A stretch of 64,000 nt of DNA from Geobacteraceae bacterium (GCA_035686205.1 DASRZQ010000043.1:4998-68997), one strand, 5' to 3'; counted from the first letter of the stretch, positions 10,680 through 20,397 are shown. The notes: generated by a model from the letters alone, not told the origin. A program made the numbers and translations.

Positions 10680-11165
10680 ATGGGAAGAACATTTGACGAA
10701 ATAATGATACGTCCTATGACCGAAGATGACCTTGATGAAGTCCTCGTAATAGAAAACGCTTCATTTCCATCGCCCTGGAGCAGGACACTGTTTGTTTCCG
10801 AACTGAACTCTCCCCATTCATTTCCGATGGTAGCGGTGGATTCAGGAGAAGCGGTTGTCGGGTTTATCTGTCCGATGCTTGTTGTTGATGAAGGACATAT
10901 CCTCGATGTGGCTGTCGCCCCGGTTTTCAGGGAGATGGGAGTCGGAAGGCTCCTTGTGGAAAAGGTGCTTGACGAATGCCGGATGCAAGGCGCTGAATTT
11001 GTTTCGCTTGAAGTCCGTGTTTCAAATTTGAAGGCGATTTCACTATACCGGCAGCTCGGATTCATCATAACCGGACGCCGGAAGAGATATTATGAAAACG
11101 GTGAAGATGCGTTGCTGATGGAATATGTCTTCAGCAAAGACAAGGGGTTTGACGATGCAGTTTAG
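10680..11165 (+). CDS. rimI: GNAT N-acetyltransferase, RimI-like
   Basis: 161 aa. IRPMTEDDLDEVLVIENASFPSPWS and the acetyl-CoA loop REMGVGRLL. Confidence 0.8.
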   Translation: MGRTFDEIMIRPMTEDDLDEVLVIENASFPSPWSRTLFVSELNSPHSFPMVAVDSGEAVVGFICPMLVVDEGHILDVAVAPVFREMGVGRLLVEKVLDECRMQGAEFVSLEVRVSNLKAISLYRQLGFIITGRRKRYYENGEDALLMEYVFSKDKGFDDAV

Positions 11166-11970
11166 GTCAATGATAATTTTTAACGAAGAGGTTTCCCCCG
11201 GATATTACAGGATTCGCCTGACTGCGCCGCGTGAGATTCTAAAATCAAATCCGGGCCAGTTCGTCATGGTGCGGGTATTTGACGGAATCGATCCGCTGTT
11301 GCGCCGACCGTTCGGTATTTATGACGTGGGTAGTTTCGACCCGGGCTATGAGGCTGCCCCGAAGCAGCATTACTTTGAAATCCTTTACAAGGTGGTCGGA
11401 AAAGGAACCGGTATCCTTCAATCCCTCCACCAGAATGATCTGCTTGACGTGCTCGGGCCGCTCGGCAACGGCTTCGAGCCGGAGGGACCGGAGTCTGAGA
11501 AGATTCTTGTCGGCGGGGGCTTCGGCCTGGCGCCCCTGTATTACCTGGCCAGGCATCTGGTCCCAAAACACAGGGTAAAAGTGTTTATCGGCGGCCGAAA
11601 AAAGGAAGACATCCTCTGCGTAACGGAATTCGAGCAGCTGGGAATAGATGCGTACGTGGCCACTGATGACGGCACTCTAGGCACAATGGGCCTGGTTACG
11701 GAGGTTCTGGAACGACACCTGATGAAAAACGACAACCGCCGGTCGATCTTTGCCTGCGGTCCCGGCCCGATGCTCAGGGCAACGGCGGCCATGGCGGCTC
11801 GGCGAAACATACTCTGCCAGGTTTCACTGGAGTCGAACATGGCCTGCGGGATGGGCGCTTGTCTCGGCTGCGTGACAAAGGGGAGCGGGCACACGGAAGA
11901 AACACCGGACTATCGCTGCGTCTGCAAGGACGGGCCGGTATTCGACTCGCGGGAAATTCTCTGGGACTAG
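11155..11970 (+). CDS. pyrK: dihydroorotate dehydrogenase (class 1B) electron-transfer subunit
   Basis: FNR-like fold with RRPFGI and a C-terminal 2Fe-2S cysteine cluster CGMGACLGC...C. ATG 11155 (MQFRSM) is preferred over the listed 11125. Confidence 0.88.
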   Translation: MQFRSMIIFNEEVSPGYYRIRLTAPREILKSNPGQFVMVRVFDGIDPLLRRPFGIYDVGSFDPGYEAAPKQHYFEILYKVVGKGTGILQSLHQNDLLDVLGPLGNGFEPEGPESEKILVGGGFGLAPLYYLARHLVPKHRVKVFIGGRKKEDILCVTEFEQLGIDAYVATDDGTLGTMGLVTEVLERHLMKNDNRRSIFACGPGPMLRATAAMAARRNILCQVSLESNMACGMGACLGCVTKGSGHTEETPDYRCVCKDGPVFDSREILWD

Positions 11971-11972
11971 GA

Positions 11973-12902
11973 ATGCGAGATAATATGAAAAAACCTGATC
12001 TTTCTGTGGAAATAGCCGGAATTAAAATGCGCAACCCGATAATGACCGCTTCGGGGACATTCGGCTATGGAGAAGAGTATTCGAAGTACTTGAATCTTGA
12101 ACGCATCGGCGCCATAGTCACAAAGGGACTTTCGCTCAAACCGAAGGCAGGCAACCCGATGCCCCGTATTGTGGAAACCCCCGGCGGCATGCTGAATGCC
12201 ATAGGGCTGCAGAATGTGGGAATCGAAGCCTTTATCGAGTCGAAACTGCCTTTTCTGCGAACCGTCGACACACCGGTCATTGTCAATTTTTTCGGCAATA
12301 CGGAAGATGAATACGCTGAAATGGCGGAAAGGCTGGACGCGATACCCGAGGTCGCGGCGATGGAGATGAATATTTCCTGTCCAAATGTCAGGCACGGCGG
12401 GATCGCCTTCGGTGTCGATCCGATAGCTGCGCATTCGGTGGTCAAGGCAGTGCGGGGATCTACCATCAAGCCGTTGATCGTGAAACTCTCGCCAAATGTC
12501 ACTGATATAGTTGAAATGGCTCATGCCTGCGCCGAAGCTGAAGCTGACGCGCTTTCGCTCATTAACACCCTGACGGGAATGGCCATTGATCTGCAAAAGC
12601 GCAGGCCAGTCCTTGCCAACGTGACGGGAGGATTTTCAGGCCCCGCCCTGAAACCCATTGCCCTGAGAATGGTATGGCAGGTGGCTGGGGCGGTGGATAT
12701 TCCGATCATCGGGATAGGCGGAATCACAAAGGCCTCGGACGTCCTGGAGTTCATGCTGGCGGGTGCCGCGGCCGTGCAGGTCGGCACCGCGAATTTCATC
12801 ACACCCGGCATTGCTGAAAAGATTGCGTCGGATATGGAACGCTACCTCGTTGAAAACCGTATCGCGGACGTAAAGGAGCTGATTGGCGCGCTTGAAGTAT
12901 AA
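11973..12902 (+). CDS. pyrD: dihydroorotate dehydrogenase catalytic subunit (class 1B)
   Basis: MRNPIMTASGTFGYG, active-site NISCPN, GGITKASD. ATG 11973 lies just after the pyrK stop; ATG 11985 is also possible. The listed upstream extension overlaps pyrK. Confidence 0.93.
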   Translation: MRDNMKKPDLSVEIAGIKMRNPIMTASGTFGYGEEYSKYLNLERIGAIVTKGLSLKPKAGNPMPRIVETPGGMLNAIGLQNVGIEAFIESKLPFLRTVDTPVIVNFFGNTEDEYAEMAERLDAIPEVAAMEMNISCPNVRHGGIAFGVDPIAAHSVVKAVRGSTIKPLIVKLSPNVTDIVEMAHACAEAEADALSLINTLTGMAIDLQKRRPVLANVTGGFSGPALKPIALRMVWQVAGAVDIPIIGIGGITKASDVLEFMLAGAAAVQVGTANFITPGIAEKIASDMERYLVENRIADVKELIGALEV

Positions 12903-12914
12903 ATATTTCCCGGC

Positions 12915-12945
12915 AAAGGGCGATCCGTGTTCCAGCCCTTTTTTA
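12915..12945 (+). terminator. possible intrinsic terminator after pyrD
   Basis: AAAGGGC-(13 nt)-GCCCTTT followed by TTTT. It overlaps the 3' end of the convergent gene. Confidence 0.4.
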
Positions 12946-13587
12946 TGGGGATGAATTCTTCCTCGTCTTTTCCGCAAGGCTCATGATCATTTCCGTTGCC
13001 TTGTCGAATCCGGTTTTTGCGGTATTGATGCACAGGTGGTAATTCCTGGCATCGGTCCAGTCCGCGCCGGTCATGACTTTCACGAATTTCGCGCGTTGCT
13101 GGTCCGCGTCGTCAACAATCTCGGCGGCCTGCAAGGCATCATCGATGGAATACAACTCCATTACGCGCCTGATCCGGATTTCGCTGGGAGCGTGGAGAAG
13201 GACGCTTGCCAGATTAGGCTTGTCTCTAAGAACGTAAAACCCGGCGCGTCCGACAAGCACCGCGCTGCAATTCTCTGTAAGCTTCCTTATGATAGTCGAC
13301 TCGGCGAAAAACAGTTCCCCGTCCGGTATCGGACGCAGTGGCGGGGGGACATACCCGGCCTCGGGCACACCGTAACAGAAAGCCCGCGCAACCCGTTCCC
13401 AGAAACTGGAGAGTCTTTCTTCCCTTTCGGAAAGAATGTTTTCGCTTTCATGGAGCAGTTCGGCGGCCTGATGAAGTATTTCCCGGTCTATGTACTTGAC
13501 TCCGAGCCTGTCGGCCACCTGCCTGCCGATCAGCGATCCGCCGCTGCCGAGCTGTCTCGAAATAGCAATGATTACGTTCTGGTGCAT
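12943..13587 (-). CDS. cytidylate kinase-like family protein
   Basis: 214 aa. P-loop-like IAISRQLGSGGSLIGRQVADRLGVKYIDREIL, typical of the Cytidylate_kin2-type family (from memory). Confidence 0.75.
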   Translation of the reverse strand: MHQNVIIAISRQLGSGGSLIGRQVADRLGVKYIDREILHQAAELLHESENILSEREERLSSFWERVARAFCYGVPEAGYVPPPLRPIPDGELFFAESTIIRKLTENCSAVLVGRAGFYVLRDKPNLASVLLHAPSEIRIRRVMELYSIDDALQAAEIVDDADQQRAKFVKVMTGADWTDARNYHLCINTAKTGFDKATEMIMSLAEKTRKNSSP

Positions 13588-13843
13588 TTAAGACTCCCGG
13601 AAAGATTGGGTCTGTCGGTATTCATGCGTGCAGTCTTTAATTATTGTATCATCACATCAAGAAAATTCACTTTTATGACCTGAGTACATCATTATTACGA
13701 TTATTTCGTATAAAAAACGCAGGTTCTGGTAAAATATAAGGTCCTTTTAAAACAGCGATCAAAAAGTCAGAGCGACCGGAATAGATTGCGGAACGCGTAT
13801 GAGCACGGATTCTGTTTCTGCGGGAGATCAACGGGGGCATTTG

Positions 13844-14236
13844 ATGGTCATTGATTACATGTCTAAATTAAATGACAGTTTGTATAATGGGATTGGAATA
13901 AAAAATACGGTTTATGTTTCAATCTTATTTTTTTGTTTTTTTTGCTTATCAGGTTGCGTAACGGAAACCACGTCCGGAACGTTCCCGGATCAGAATATTA
14001 TCGAAGAAAAAGCGGTTGCCAATAATCAGCGTGAGAAGATTGCGGAAGAAAAAGAGATTATGGAGCTGATTACAATTTTGCGGAACGATCCGGAAATGCA
14101 GGCGGTCCTGAACGACCCTGCTGCTATGAATGCGGTTATATTCATGGATATGAATTTCATCGAAAATGATCCCCGGATGAAGAAGCTTCGCAACAACCCC
14201 CGTATGCGGGAGATTTTGAAAAAGCTGGGAAAATAA
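13844..14236 (+). CDS. hypothetical lipoprotein with DP-repeat C-terminus
   Basis: Lipobox LSGC after a hydrophobic stretch (VSILFFCFFCLSGC). C-terminus has repeated NDPxM/NNPRM motifs. Start uncertain among 13799, 13844 (GGGGG 6 nt upstream) and 13859. Confidence 0.55.
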   Translation: MVIDYMSKLNDSLYNGIGIKNTVYVSILFFCFFCLSGCVTETTSGTFPDQNIIEEKAVANNQREKIAEEKEIMELITILRNDPEMQAVLNDPAAMNAVIFMDMNFIENDPRMKKLRNNPRMREILKKLGK

Positions 14237-14502
14237 CTGGTTGGAACCGCCTGGGCACCGGGTCTGGAGGGGATTTGGGGAAAGGCCTTTATACTTTTGC
14301 ATGTTGGGAGGTTGGATGAATACGAATAGTTATTAATGATTAATTGTCATTCCGGTTTTGTCATGGTATAAGCATAGGCGGAAAGTCATAATTAAAAAAC
14401 AGACAATTACGGCTGGCATGTATGGGCGGCCGAAAGCGTCAAAGGGGCGCAGGTTTTATCGACATTAAAGGTGCTAACGAAATGTGCGGAAAGGGCAATC
14501 TC

Positions 14503-14754
14503 ATGAAAAATACGGTTCTGATTACTTGTACGGCATTTTTATTTCTTGCGGGATGCAACTCTTCCGGCCAGCAAAGCGAAGGAAAATATCAGGGCCGCCC
14601 CGAGACAAAGAAGCTTGAAGCTGCTTCAGCCGCGGGATATGACGGAAAAGCCATAAGAAAAAACGTCGATAATACGCTCAACAAAAATGACGAACACAAC
14701 GAGGCTATCGACAAGACCTTTAAGAATACCAACGAAGATCAGCCGAAAGAGTAG
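14503..14754 (+). CDS. small hypothetical lipoprotein
   Basis: MKNTVLITCTAFLFLAGCNSS carries a canonical lipobox LAGC. GAAAGGG lies 7 nt upstream of ATG 14503. The mature part is hydrophilic and K/E/N-rich. Confidence 0.6.
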   Translation: MKNTVLITCTAFLFLAGCNSSGQQSEGKYQGRPETKKLEAASAAGYDGKAIRKNVDNTLNKNDEHNEAIDKTFKNTNEDQPKE

Positions 14755-14831
14755 AGCGGACATACATGTTTCACGGAATGTCTTGCGGGTAATAGTTATT
14801 CAATTTGCTTATGATTTAAAAGTGCATTATG

Positions 14832-14862
14832 AAAAGGGCCTCCAATACGAGGCCCTTTTTTT
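14832..14862. terminator. bidirectional intrinsic terminator
   Basis: AAAAGGGCCTC-CAATAC-GAGGCCCTTTTTTT lies between the convergent 3' ends at 14754 (+) and 14882 (-). Confidence 0.75.
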
Positions 14863-14881
14863 GCAGGTTAAATATCAGCCC

Positions 14882-15058
14882 TTATCGGCTGCCCATTGAG
14901 GATTGGCCGGAAAGCGAGACCGGTTCACAGAGATAAGATGAGTCATGGGATTTGGCGCCGCATTTAGCGCAGCTGAAACGCGATTCGACCGACATGGACC
15001 TTGCCTGTTTCACATTGGAGACCTCGCATATCTTCTTATGTGATTTTTTACCAAACAT
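14882..15058 (-). CDS. possible small Cys-rich protein (58 aa), below the ORF-track cutoff
   Basis: Hand translation: MFGKKSHKKICEVSNVKQARSMSVESRFSCAKCGAKSHDSSYLCEPVSLSGQSSMGSR. Four Cys residues including CxxC. Strong SD (GGGAAGGGGGAATATGTTATG). Ends just before the bidirectional terminator. Confidence 0.35.
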   Translation of the reverse strand: MFGKKSHKKICEVSNVKQARSMSVESRFSCAKCGAKSHDSSYLCEPVSLSGQSSMGSR

Positions 15059-15197
15059 AACATATTCCCCCTTCCCTCGGGAAGTAGGTACGACTTGCCT
15101 TTTCCTTATCTTACAACTAAGTAAATGAAAGTCAATATCAAAAACAATTCCGCGAACCGGAGCCGTGTAACAAGCGGTGCCTATAAAATGACGGGTC

Positions 15198-16610
15198 CTA
15201 TCCGGTTATTTCCCTGATGGAAGCTTCAATGCAGTCCATCAGGATATTCAGCTCTTCAATGGTTATGGAAAGCGGCGGGAATATGACAATGACATTGCCG
15301 AGCGGACGCAGGAAAACACCGCGTTTAGCCGCTTCGAGGCATACCTTGACGCCAATTCTGTCTTCCCAGGGGAAAGGCTCTTTAGTATCCTTGTCTTTTA
15401 CCAGCTCGATTCCGCCGATCATTCCGGCCTGACGCACATTGCCGACATGTTTCATGTGCGAAATGACATCCAGCCGTTCTTTTATATAGGTGATTCCGGC
15501 AGGGAGCTTTTCCAGAAGGCGTTCCTTTTCGAACAGGTCGAGACTGGCGAGTGCGGCGGCGCAGGCTATCGGGTTGCCAGTGAAAGTATGGCCGTGGAAA
15601 AAAGTTTTGAGTTCGGAGTAATCGCCGAGAAAGGCACTGTAAACCTCTTTGGTGGTCATGGTGACCGCCATCGGCAGATATCCCGCGGTGAGCCCTTTCG
15701 AAAGTGCCATGATGTCGGGCGTGACGCCTTCCCCGGCGCAGGCGAACATGCTGCCGGTTCTGCCGAAGCCTACGGCGACTTCATCGGCAATCATCAATAT
15801 GCCGTACCTGTCGCAAAGCTCTCGAACCCCGCGGACGAAACCGGGAGGCTGGACGATAATACCCCCGGCGGCCTGGACTACAGGTTCGATGACGAGACCG
15901 GCTGTCTCGTGGGCATGCTCCGACATCAGTTTTTCCAGTTCCCGGAGGCAGAGATAACCGCATGTTTCATGATTGCCGTTCCCTCCGAGTTCACACCTGT
16001 AACAATATGGCGACGGCGCATGGATGGTCGGAAAGAGAAGAGGGCGGAATGCCGCGTGAAAGATATCGATGCCGCCGACGCTCACAGCGCCGATTGTGTC
16101 CCCGTGATAGGCGTTCCTGAAGGTTATGAACCTGGTTTTGGAAGCATTTTTCCCGCCTTTGTGCTGATGATACTGGAAGGCCATTTTGATGCCTATTTCC
16201 ACGGCGGTGGAGCCGTTATCGGAATAGAAAACCTTGCTGAGACCCGCTGGGGCAATATCAACCAGTCTTTTGGCAAGTATTGCCGATTTGTCGTTGGCCA
16301 GACCGAGGAGCGTGGAATGTTCAAGCCGGTCAATCTGGTTCTTGACGGCGGTGTTGATTTCCTCCTTGCAGTGGCCGTGTACATTGGCCCAGATAGAAGC
16401 CACACCGTCCAGGTACCTGTTGCCTTCGGTATCGATAAGGTATGAACCAACTCCCCGCTCAATGACAATCGGCTCATGGGATTCCCATTCCAGCATCTGG
16501 GTAAACGGATGCCAAACGTATTTGCGGTCATATTCCCGCAAGGTGCTTGTATTTAATTCCGACAATTCTGGATACCTCCAATTCGGCAAATTCAATTTCG
16601 ACAGGGACAA
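15198..16610 (-). CDS. bioA: adenosylmethionine-8-amino-7-oxononanoate aminotransferase
   Basis: 470 aa class-III PLP aminotransferase (YVWHPFTQM, DEVAVGFGRTG). Last gene of the bioB-bioD-bioA operon. Confidence 0.92.
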   Translation of the reverse strand: MSLSKLNLPNWRYPELSELNTSTLREYDRKYVWHPFTQMLEWESHEPIVIERGVGSYLIDTEGNRYLDGVASIWANVHGHCKEEINTAVKNQIDRLEHSTLLGLANDKSAILAKRLVDIAPAGLSKVFYSDNGSTAVEIGIKMAFQYHQHKGGKNASKTRFITFRNAYHGDTIGAVSVGGIDIFHAAFRPLLFPTIHAPSPYCYRCELGGNGNHETCGYLCLRELEKLMSEHAHETAGLVIEPVVQAAGGIIVQPPGFVRGVRELCDRYGILMIADEVAVGFGRTGSMFACAGEGVTPDIMALSKGLTAGYLPMAVTMTTKEVYSAFLGDYSELKTFFHGHTFTGNPIACAAALASLDLFEKERLLEKLPAGITYIKERLDVISHMKHVGNVRQAGMIGGIELVKDKDTKEPFPWEDRIGVKVCLEAAKRGVFLRPLGNVIVIFPPLSITIEELNILMDCIEASIREITG

Positions 16611-16659
16611 CGGATAATTTCAGATGAATGACGGGCAGGATTTTTCCGGATTGCCGAGG

Positions 16660-17385
16660 TCAGCGGACTGCAAACGCAAGACTAATGATCTTTTCCGCGG
16701 AAGACGCATTCATTTGTCCGATGATGCCTTCCACCTGCATCTTCTGGTTTTCACTTTCGATATGCGGAAAGACTCCGAGAACCGGAACTCCTGAAAATTC
16801 CTCGATCATGCTTGCGGCATAAACCTCGGCGGTTCCGGGATTCTCGGGATAATTGCCAATGATGATGCCTTTAACTTCGATATCCATCCGCTTTGCACAG
16901 AAACATGTCATGAGGGTGTGATTTACGGTTCCCAGGTTTGGCCGCGCCACGATAATCAACGGAAGATCAAGAACCCGTATCAGGTCGGAAACGAGCCGGT
17001 TTTCCGTCAGGGGGACCATCAGGCCGCCCGCCCCCTCCACCAGCACGAAATCATTGGCTGCGGTCAAACGCAGGAAAGAATGAAGAATCGCGTCGAACTG
17101 AATATTTACCCCGTCAATGGCGGCCGAGACGGAAGGGGCGAGGGGTTCCCTGAGCAGGTATGGAGCAATGTCGGCATCCGGTGACCGGGTTGCTGATGCC
17201 CATTTGAGAAGCTCCGCATCTTCGGAGATCAGTTTTCCGCCAGCAACCGCGCAGCCGCTTGTAACAGGCTTCATTACGCCCGCCTTAAATCCCCTGTCGC
17301 GCAGGAGCTTTGCCAGAACGGCCGTAACGACTGTCTTGCCGACCCCCGTGTCCGTGCCGGTTATGAAAACCCCTCCAGCCGTCAT
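16660..17385 (-). CDS. bioD: dethiobiotin synthase
   Basis: 241 aa. P-loop VFITGTDTGVGKTVV. Overlaps the bioB stop by 4 nt. Confidence 0.9.
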   Translation of the reverse strand: MTAGGVFITGTDTGVGKTVVTAVLAKLLRDRGFKAGVMKPVTSGCAVAGGKLISEDAELLKWASATRSPDADIAPYLLREPLAPSVSAAIDGVNIQFDAILHSFLRLTAANDFVLVEGAGGLMVPLTENRLVSDLIRVLDLPLIIVARPNLGTVNHTLMTCFCAKRMDIEVKGIIIGNYPENPGTAEVYAASMIEEFSGVPVLGVFPHIESENQKMQVEGIIGQMNASSAEKIISLAFAVR

Positions 17386-18365
17386 GATTTGCGGACACTC
17401 AGCCCGAGGTCTTCGAGCATTTGCCGGTCGTGTTCGGGCGCCCTCCCGGTGGTGGTGAGGTAGTTTCCGATCATTGTCCCGCTCGCACCGGCAAAAAACA
17501 TCAGTGACTGAAGGTCCCGAAGGTTTTTTTCACGGCCGCCGCATACCGATATCTGCTTGTCGGGAAGGACAAAACGAAACATGGCAATGATTCTCAGACA
17601 ATCCATGGGCATCAGGAAGTCGGCTCCGGCAAGCCTTGTCCCCGGGACGGGGTTGAGAAAATTGATGGGTACCGAGTCCACGTCAAGCTCCCTGAGGGTG
17701 AGGGCGAACTCGACCCTCTGCCCGGCTGATTCGCCAAGACCGAATATCCCGCCGCAACAGACTTCAAGTCCGGCCTTTTTGACTGCTTTGACGGTATTAA
17801 CGTCATCTTCGTAATCGTGGGTGGTGCACACATTGGGAAAGAAGCTCCGGGCGGTTTCCAGGTTATGGTGATATTTTCTCATTCCGGACTTTTTGAGAGC
17901 CTCCGCCGTTTTGCGGCCTATAATGCCAAGAGAACAAGCCGGGCGGATATTCGTCCCGTTGGCAATCCTGGTGATCGCGGAGCAGATGCGCTCCAGTTCG
18001 GGACCCTCTTCAAGTGAAGCGCCGCTGGTAACAATGCCGAAGCAACCGGAGCCCTCTTTTTCGGCGTTCCGGGCAGCGTTGACTATTTCCTCGGTGTCTA
18101 CCAGCTGGTAGACCGGCGTATCGGTCCGGTGATGGACTGACTGGGCGCAGAATGCACAGTCTTCTCCGCAGAGTCCGGATTTTGCGTTTATTATGGAGCA
18201 GAGATGGACGCTGTTGCCGAAATAATGTCTCCTCAGCCTGTTTGCATGCGAAAGCAAATCAAAAGTATCGCAATCAGGGACCTTCAGGATTTCAAGCGCC
18301 TCATCGGCTGTTATGAAACCACCGTCAAGGACTCGATCGGCAACGTCAGCAAATGAAAATTGCAT
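17382..18365 (-). CDS. bioB: biotin synthase (radical SAM)
   Basis: 327 aa. CGEDCAFCAQS radical-SAM cluster motif plus downstream Cys residues for the 2Fe-2S cluster. Confidence 0.95.
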   Translation of the reverse strand: MQFSFADVADRVLDGGFITADEALEILKVPDCDTFDLLSHANRLRRHYFGNSVHLCSIINAKSGLCGEDCAFCAQSVHHRTDTPVYQLVDTEEIVNAARNAEKEGSGCFGIVTSGASLEEGPELERICSAITRIANGTNIRPACSLGIIGRKTAEALKKSGMRKYHHNLETARSFFPNVCTTHDYEDDVNTVKAVKKAGLEVCCGGIFGLGESAGQRVEFALTLRELDVDSVPINFLNPVPGTRLAGADFLMPMDCLRIIAMFRFVLPDKQISVCGGREKNLRDLQSLMFFAGASGTMIGNYLTTTGRAPEHDRQMLEDLGLSVRKS

Positions 18366-18406
18366 GTTATCCTCCGTGCATAATCAAGTAGCATAGAGGT
18401 ATTCAG

Positions 18407-18439
18407 TTGTCAACCTGATATGCAGATGGAGGTTAACGA
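18407..18439 (-). promoter_or_regulatory. putative BirA operator upstream of bioB
   Basis: TTGTCAACC-N15-GGTTAACGA. The half-sites are 7/9 symmetric and match the TTGTAAACC-N15/16-GGTTTACAA bio-operator architecture. Lies 42-74 nt upstream of the bioB ATG. Confidence 0.55.
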
Positions 18440-18809
18440 TTCGGACGAATAGTAAACTGAAACCATGAGCATAATGGCCTTCATTCAATTGGAATGCTCT
18501 GTTCCGGACTGGTTTGTCCGGATCACAATTGCGGCGAAATTCACCGGAGGGAGTCGGCATGTAACTGTACTTGCGGCGGTTGACCGTGTTTTTCTGCTCG
18601 TTATGGTTTCATCCTTGCGGATTCAGGAGAATCATCATGAAGGTGTTGTTAATGCGATTCTTTCAGATACATGTTAATATACGCATATAAGGAATAAGCT
18701 AACGTATGGATTTGCATATTTTCAAAATTCAAATCATTTTTTCAAGGGGCAGAGAAATGCTAAACTCAAAAAATAATCTGAGTAATACTAATCTCCCGCA
18801 AAAAATATT

Positions 18810-18904
18810 CCTCCCCCTTCAAGGGGGAGGCGAGGTGGGGGATGGGATACTTTGATACCGAGATGCCCATCCCCACCCCGACCCTCCCCTTGAAGGGGAG
18901 AGAG
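18810..18904. repeat. G-rich triple-hairpin repeat element, copy 1
   Basis: Three parts: CCTCCCCCTT/AAGGGGGAGG palindrome; GGTGGGGGATGGG-(19 nt)-CCCATCCCCACC; CTCCCCTT-G-AAGGGGAG palindrome. The same architecture recurs at 51971-52062. Confidence 0.8.
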
Positions 18905-19004
18905 TTTTGATGGAAGCGGGAAATTGATTCCAATCAGAAAAAATGACGAGAACGTTTTCCGAAGGCTGAAAGGCTCTCCAGGATCCCACTGAGGAGGATT
19001 TAAC

Positions 19005-20261
19005 ATGAGTAATCTGAGCGAAATATCGAAAGGCCAGTCATGCGCCTTTTGCGGCAGAAGCCTGGATGAACTGGATCATCTCATTGCCGGCGCGATGGCT
19101 TATATTTGCGAAGACTGCGTCGGTGTCTGCAATGATATAATCGCGGAAAGAAAAAGGCACGGTGTTCCGGCCCATAAACACGGATTCGGAATGAGCCTGC
19201 CTACACCCCTGGAAATCATGAACGTGCTGGATGAATATGTCATCGGCCAGGAGCATGCCAAGAAGGTCCTTTCCGTTGCGGTTTACAACCATTACCGCAG
19301 GATCGAGGCAGCGGGCGAACCGGGCGACATTGAAATACAGAAGAGCAACGTGCTTCTGATCGGACCGACCGGATCGGGAAAGACTTTGCTGGCGCAGACA
19401 CTTGCGCGAATTCTGAAGGTCCCGTTCACTATCGTTGACGCGACCAAGCTGACGGAGGCGGGTTATGTTGGCGAAGATGTCGAAAACATCGTCCTGAGCC
19501 TTTTACAGGCCTGCGAATTCGATGTGGCAAAGGCGCAGAGGGGAATTATCTACCTGGACGAAGTTGATAAAATTTCGCGGAAATCCGATTCGGCTTCCAT
19601 CGCCAGAGACGTTTCGGGGGAGGGCGTGCAGCAGGCGCTTCTGAAAATCATGGAGGGGACGGTTGTCAATGTGCCTCCCAAAGGCGGCAGAAAACATCCC
19701 GAGCAGGAGTTCATCAAGGTTGACACCACAAACATCCTTTTTATTTGCGGCGGTGCGTTCGCGGGGCTTGAACACATCGTCAAGAGGCGGCTTAAGGCAT
19801 CGACCGTCGGTTTCAATGTATCTTCGACCGGAGATGATGTGGAGGAATTCATCGAGGAAATATCCACGTCCGACCTGCTGCGCTTCGGCCTGATTCCGGA
19901 ATTCATAGGCAGGCTTCCGATCATGGCGGTTTTGAGTCAACTCGATGAGGAAGCACTGGTCAGGATACTCAAGGAACCGAAAAACGCGCTTGTGAAACAA
20001 TACCAGAGGCTGTTTTCCCTGGAGGGGGTCAATCTGCATTTTACCGACGGGGCATTGACTGCGATTGCGCGCGAAGCATTGAAACGGAATACGGGCGCAA
20101 GGGGTCTGAGAACTCTCGTTGAAAAATCGATGCTGGACCTGATGTTCGAGATACCATCCAAAAAGCTGACAGGAGAGGTTACGATTGACGAAGACGTTAT
20201 CTACGGCAGAACAATCCCGAAGGTGATTTCTCCAGAAAATGAAAAGTTGGCGGCGCACTGA
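19005..20261 (+). CDS. clpX: ATP-dependent Clp protease ATP-binding subunit ClpX
   Basis: 418 aa. N-terminal zinc ribbon CAFCGR...CEDC, Walker [19 protein letters not shown], and IGF-type loop region. Confidence 0.95.
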   Translation: MSNLSEISKGQSCAFCGRSLDELDHLIAGAMAYICEDCVGVCNDIIAERKRHGVPAHKHGFGMSLPTPLEIMNVLDEYVIGQEHAKKVLSVAVYNHYRRIEAAGEPGDIEIQKSNVLLIGPTGSGKTLLAQTLARILKVPFTIVDATKLTEAGYVGEDVENIVLSLLQACEFDVAKAQRGIIYLDEVDKISRKSDSASIARDVSGEGVQQALLKIMEGTVVNVPPKGGRKHPEQEFIKVDTTNILFICGGAFAGLEHIVKRRLKASTVGFNVSSTGDDVEEFIEEISTSDLLRFGLIPEFIGRLPIMAVLSQLDEEALVRILKEPKNALVKQYQRLFSLEGVNLHFTDGALTAIAREALKRNTGARGLRTLVEKSMLDLMFEIPSKKLTGEVTIDEDVIYGRTIPKVISPENEKLAAH

Positions 20262-20397
20262 CTTAAGGTTCAAAAAATCCGTGAAAAGAGCGATATTTTA
20301 ATTAGCAATGCGTTTCCATGAATGAAAAAACCGTGCAGCCGGAAAAGCGTGTGTGGTACAATTCGGCAAAAACCTGTGCAATTCGAAAGGCCGATAC

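Noticed and set aside
15447-16445. 332-aa plus-strand ORF
   Set aside because: Antisense shadow of bioA, with no motifs. bioA on the minus strand is unambiguous.
18465-18677. 70-aa ORF in the bioB-clpX intergenic region
   Set aside because: It has no RBS and no recognisable motif. The region more plausibly holds promoters, so I left it uncalled.
18788-19006. 72-aa ORF with a GEGRGGDG / PPPRLPLEGGG peptide
   Set aside because: It is the read-through of the G-rich triple-hairpin repeat. The same kind of pseudo-peptide would arise from the copy at 51971-52062.
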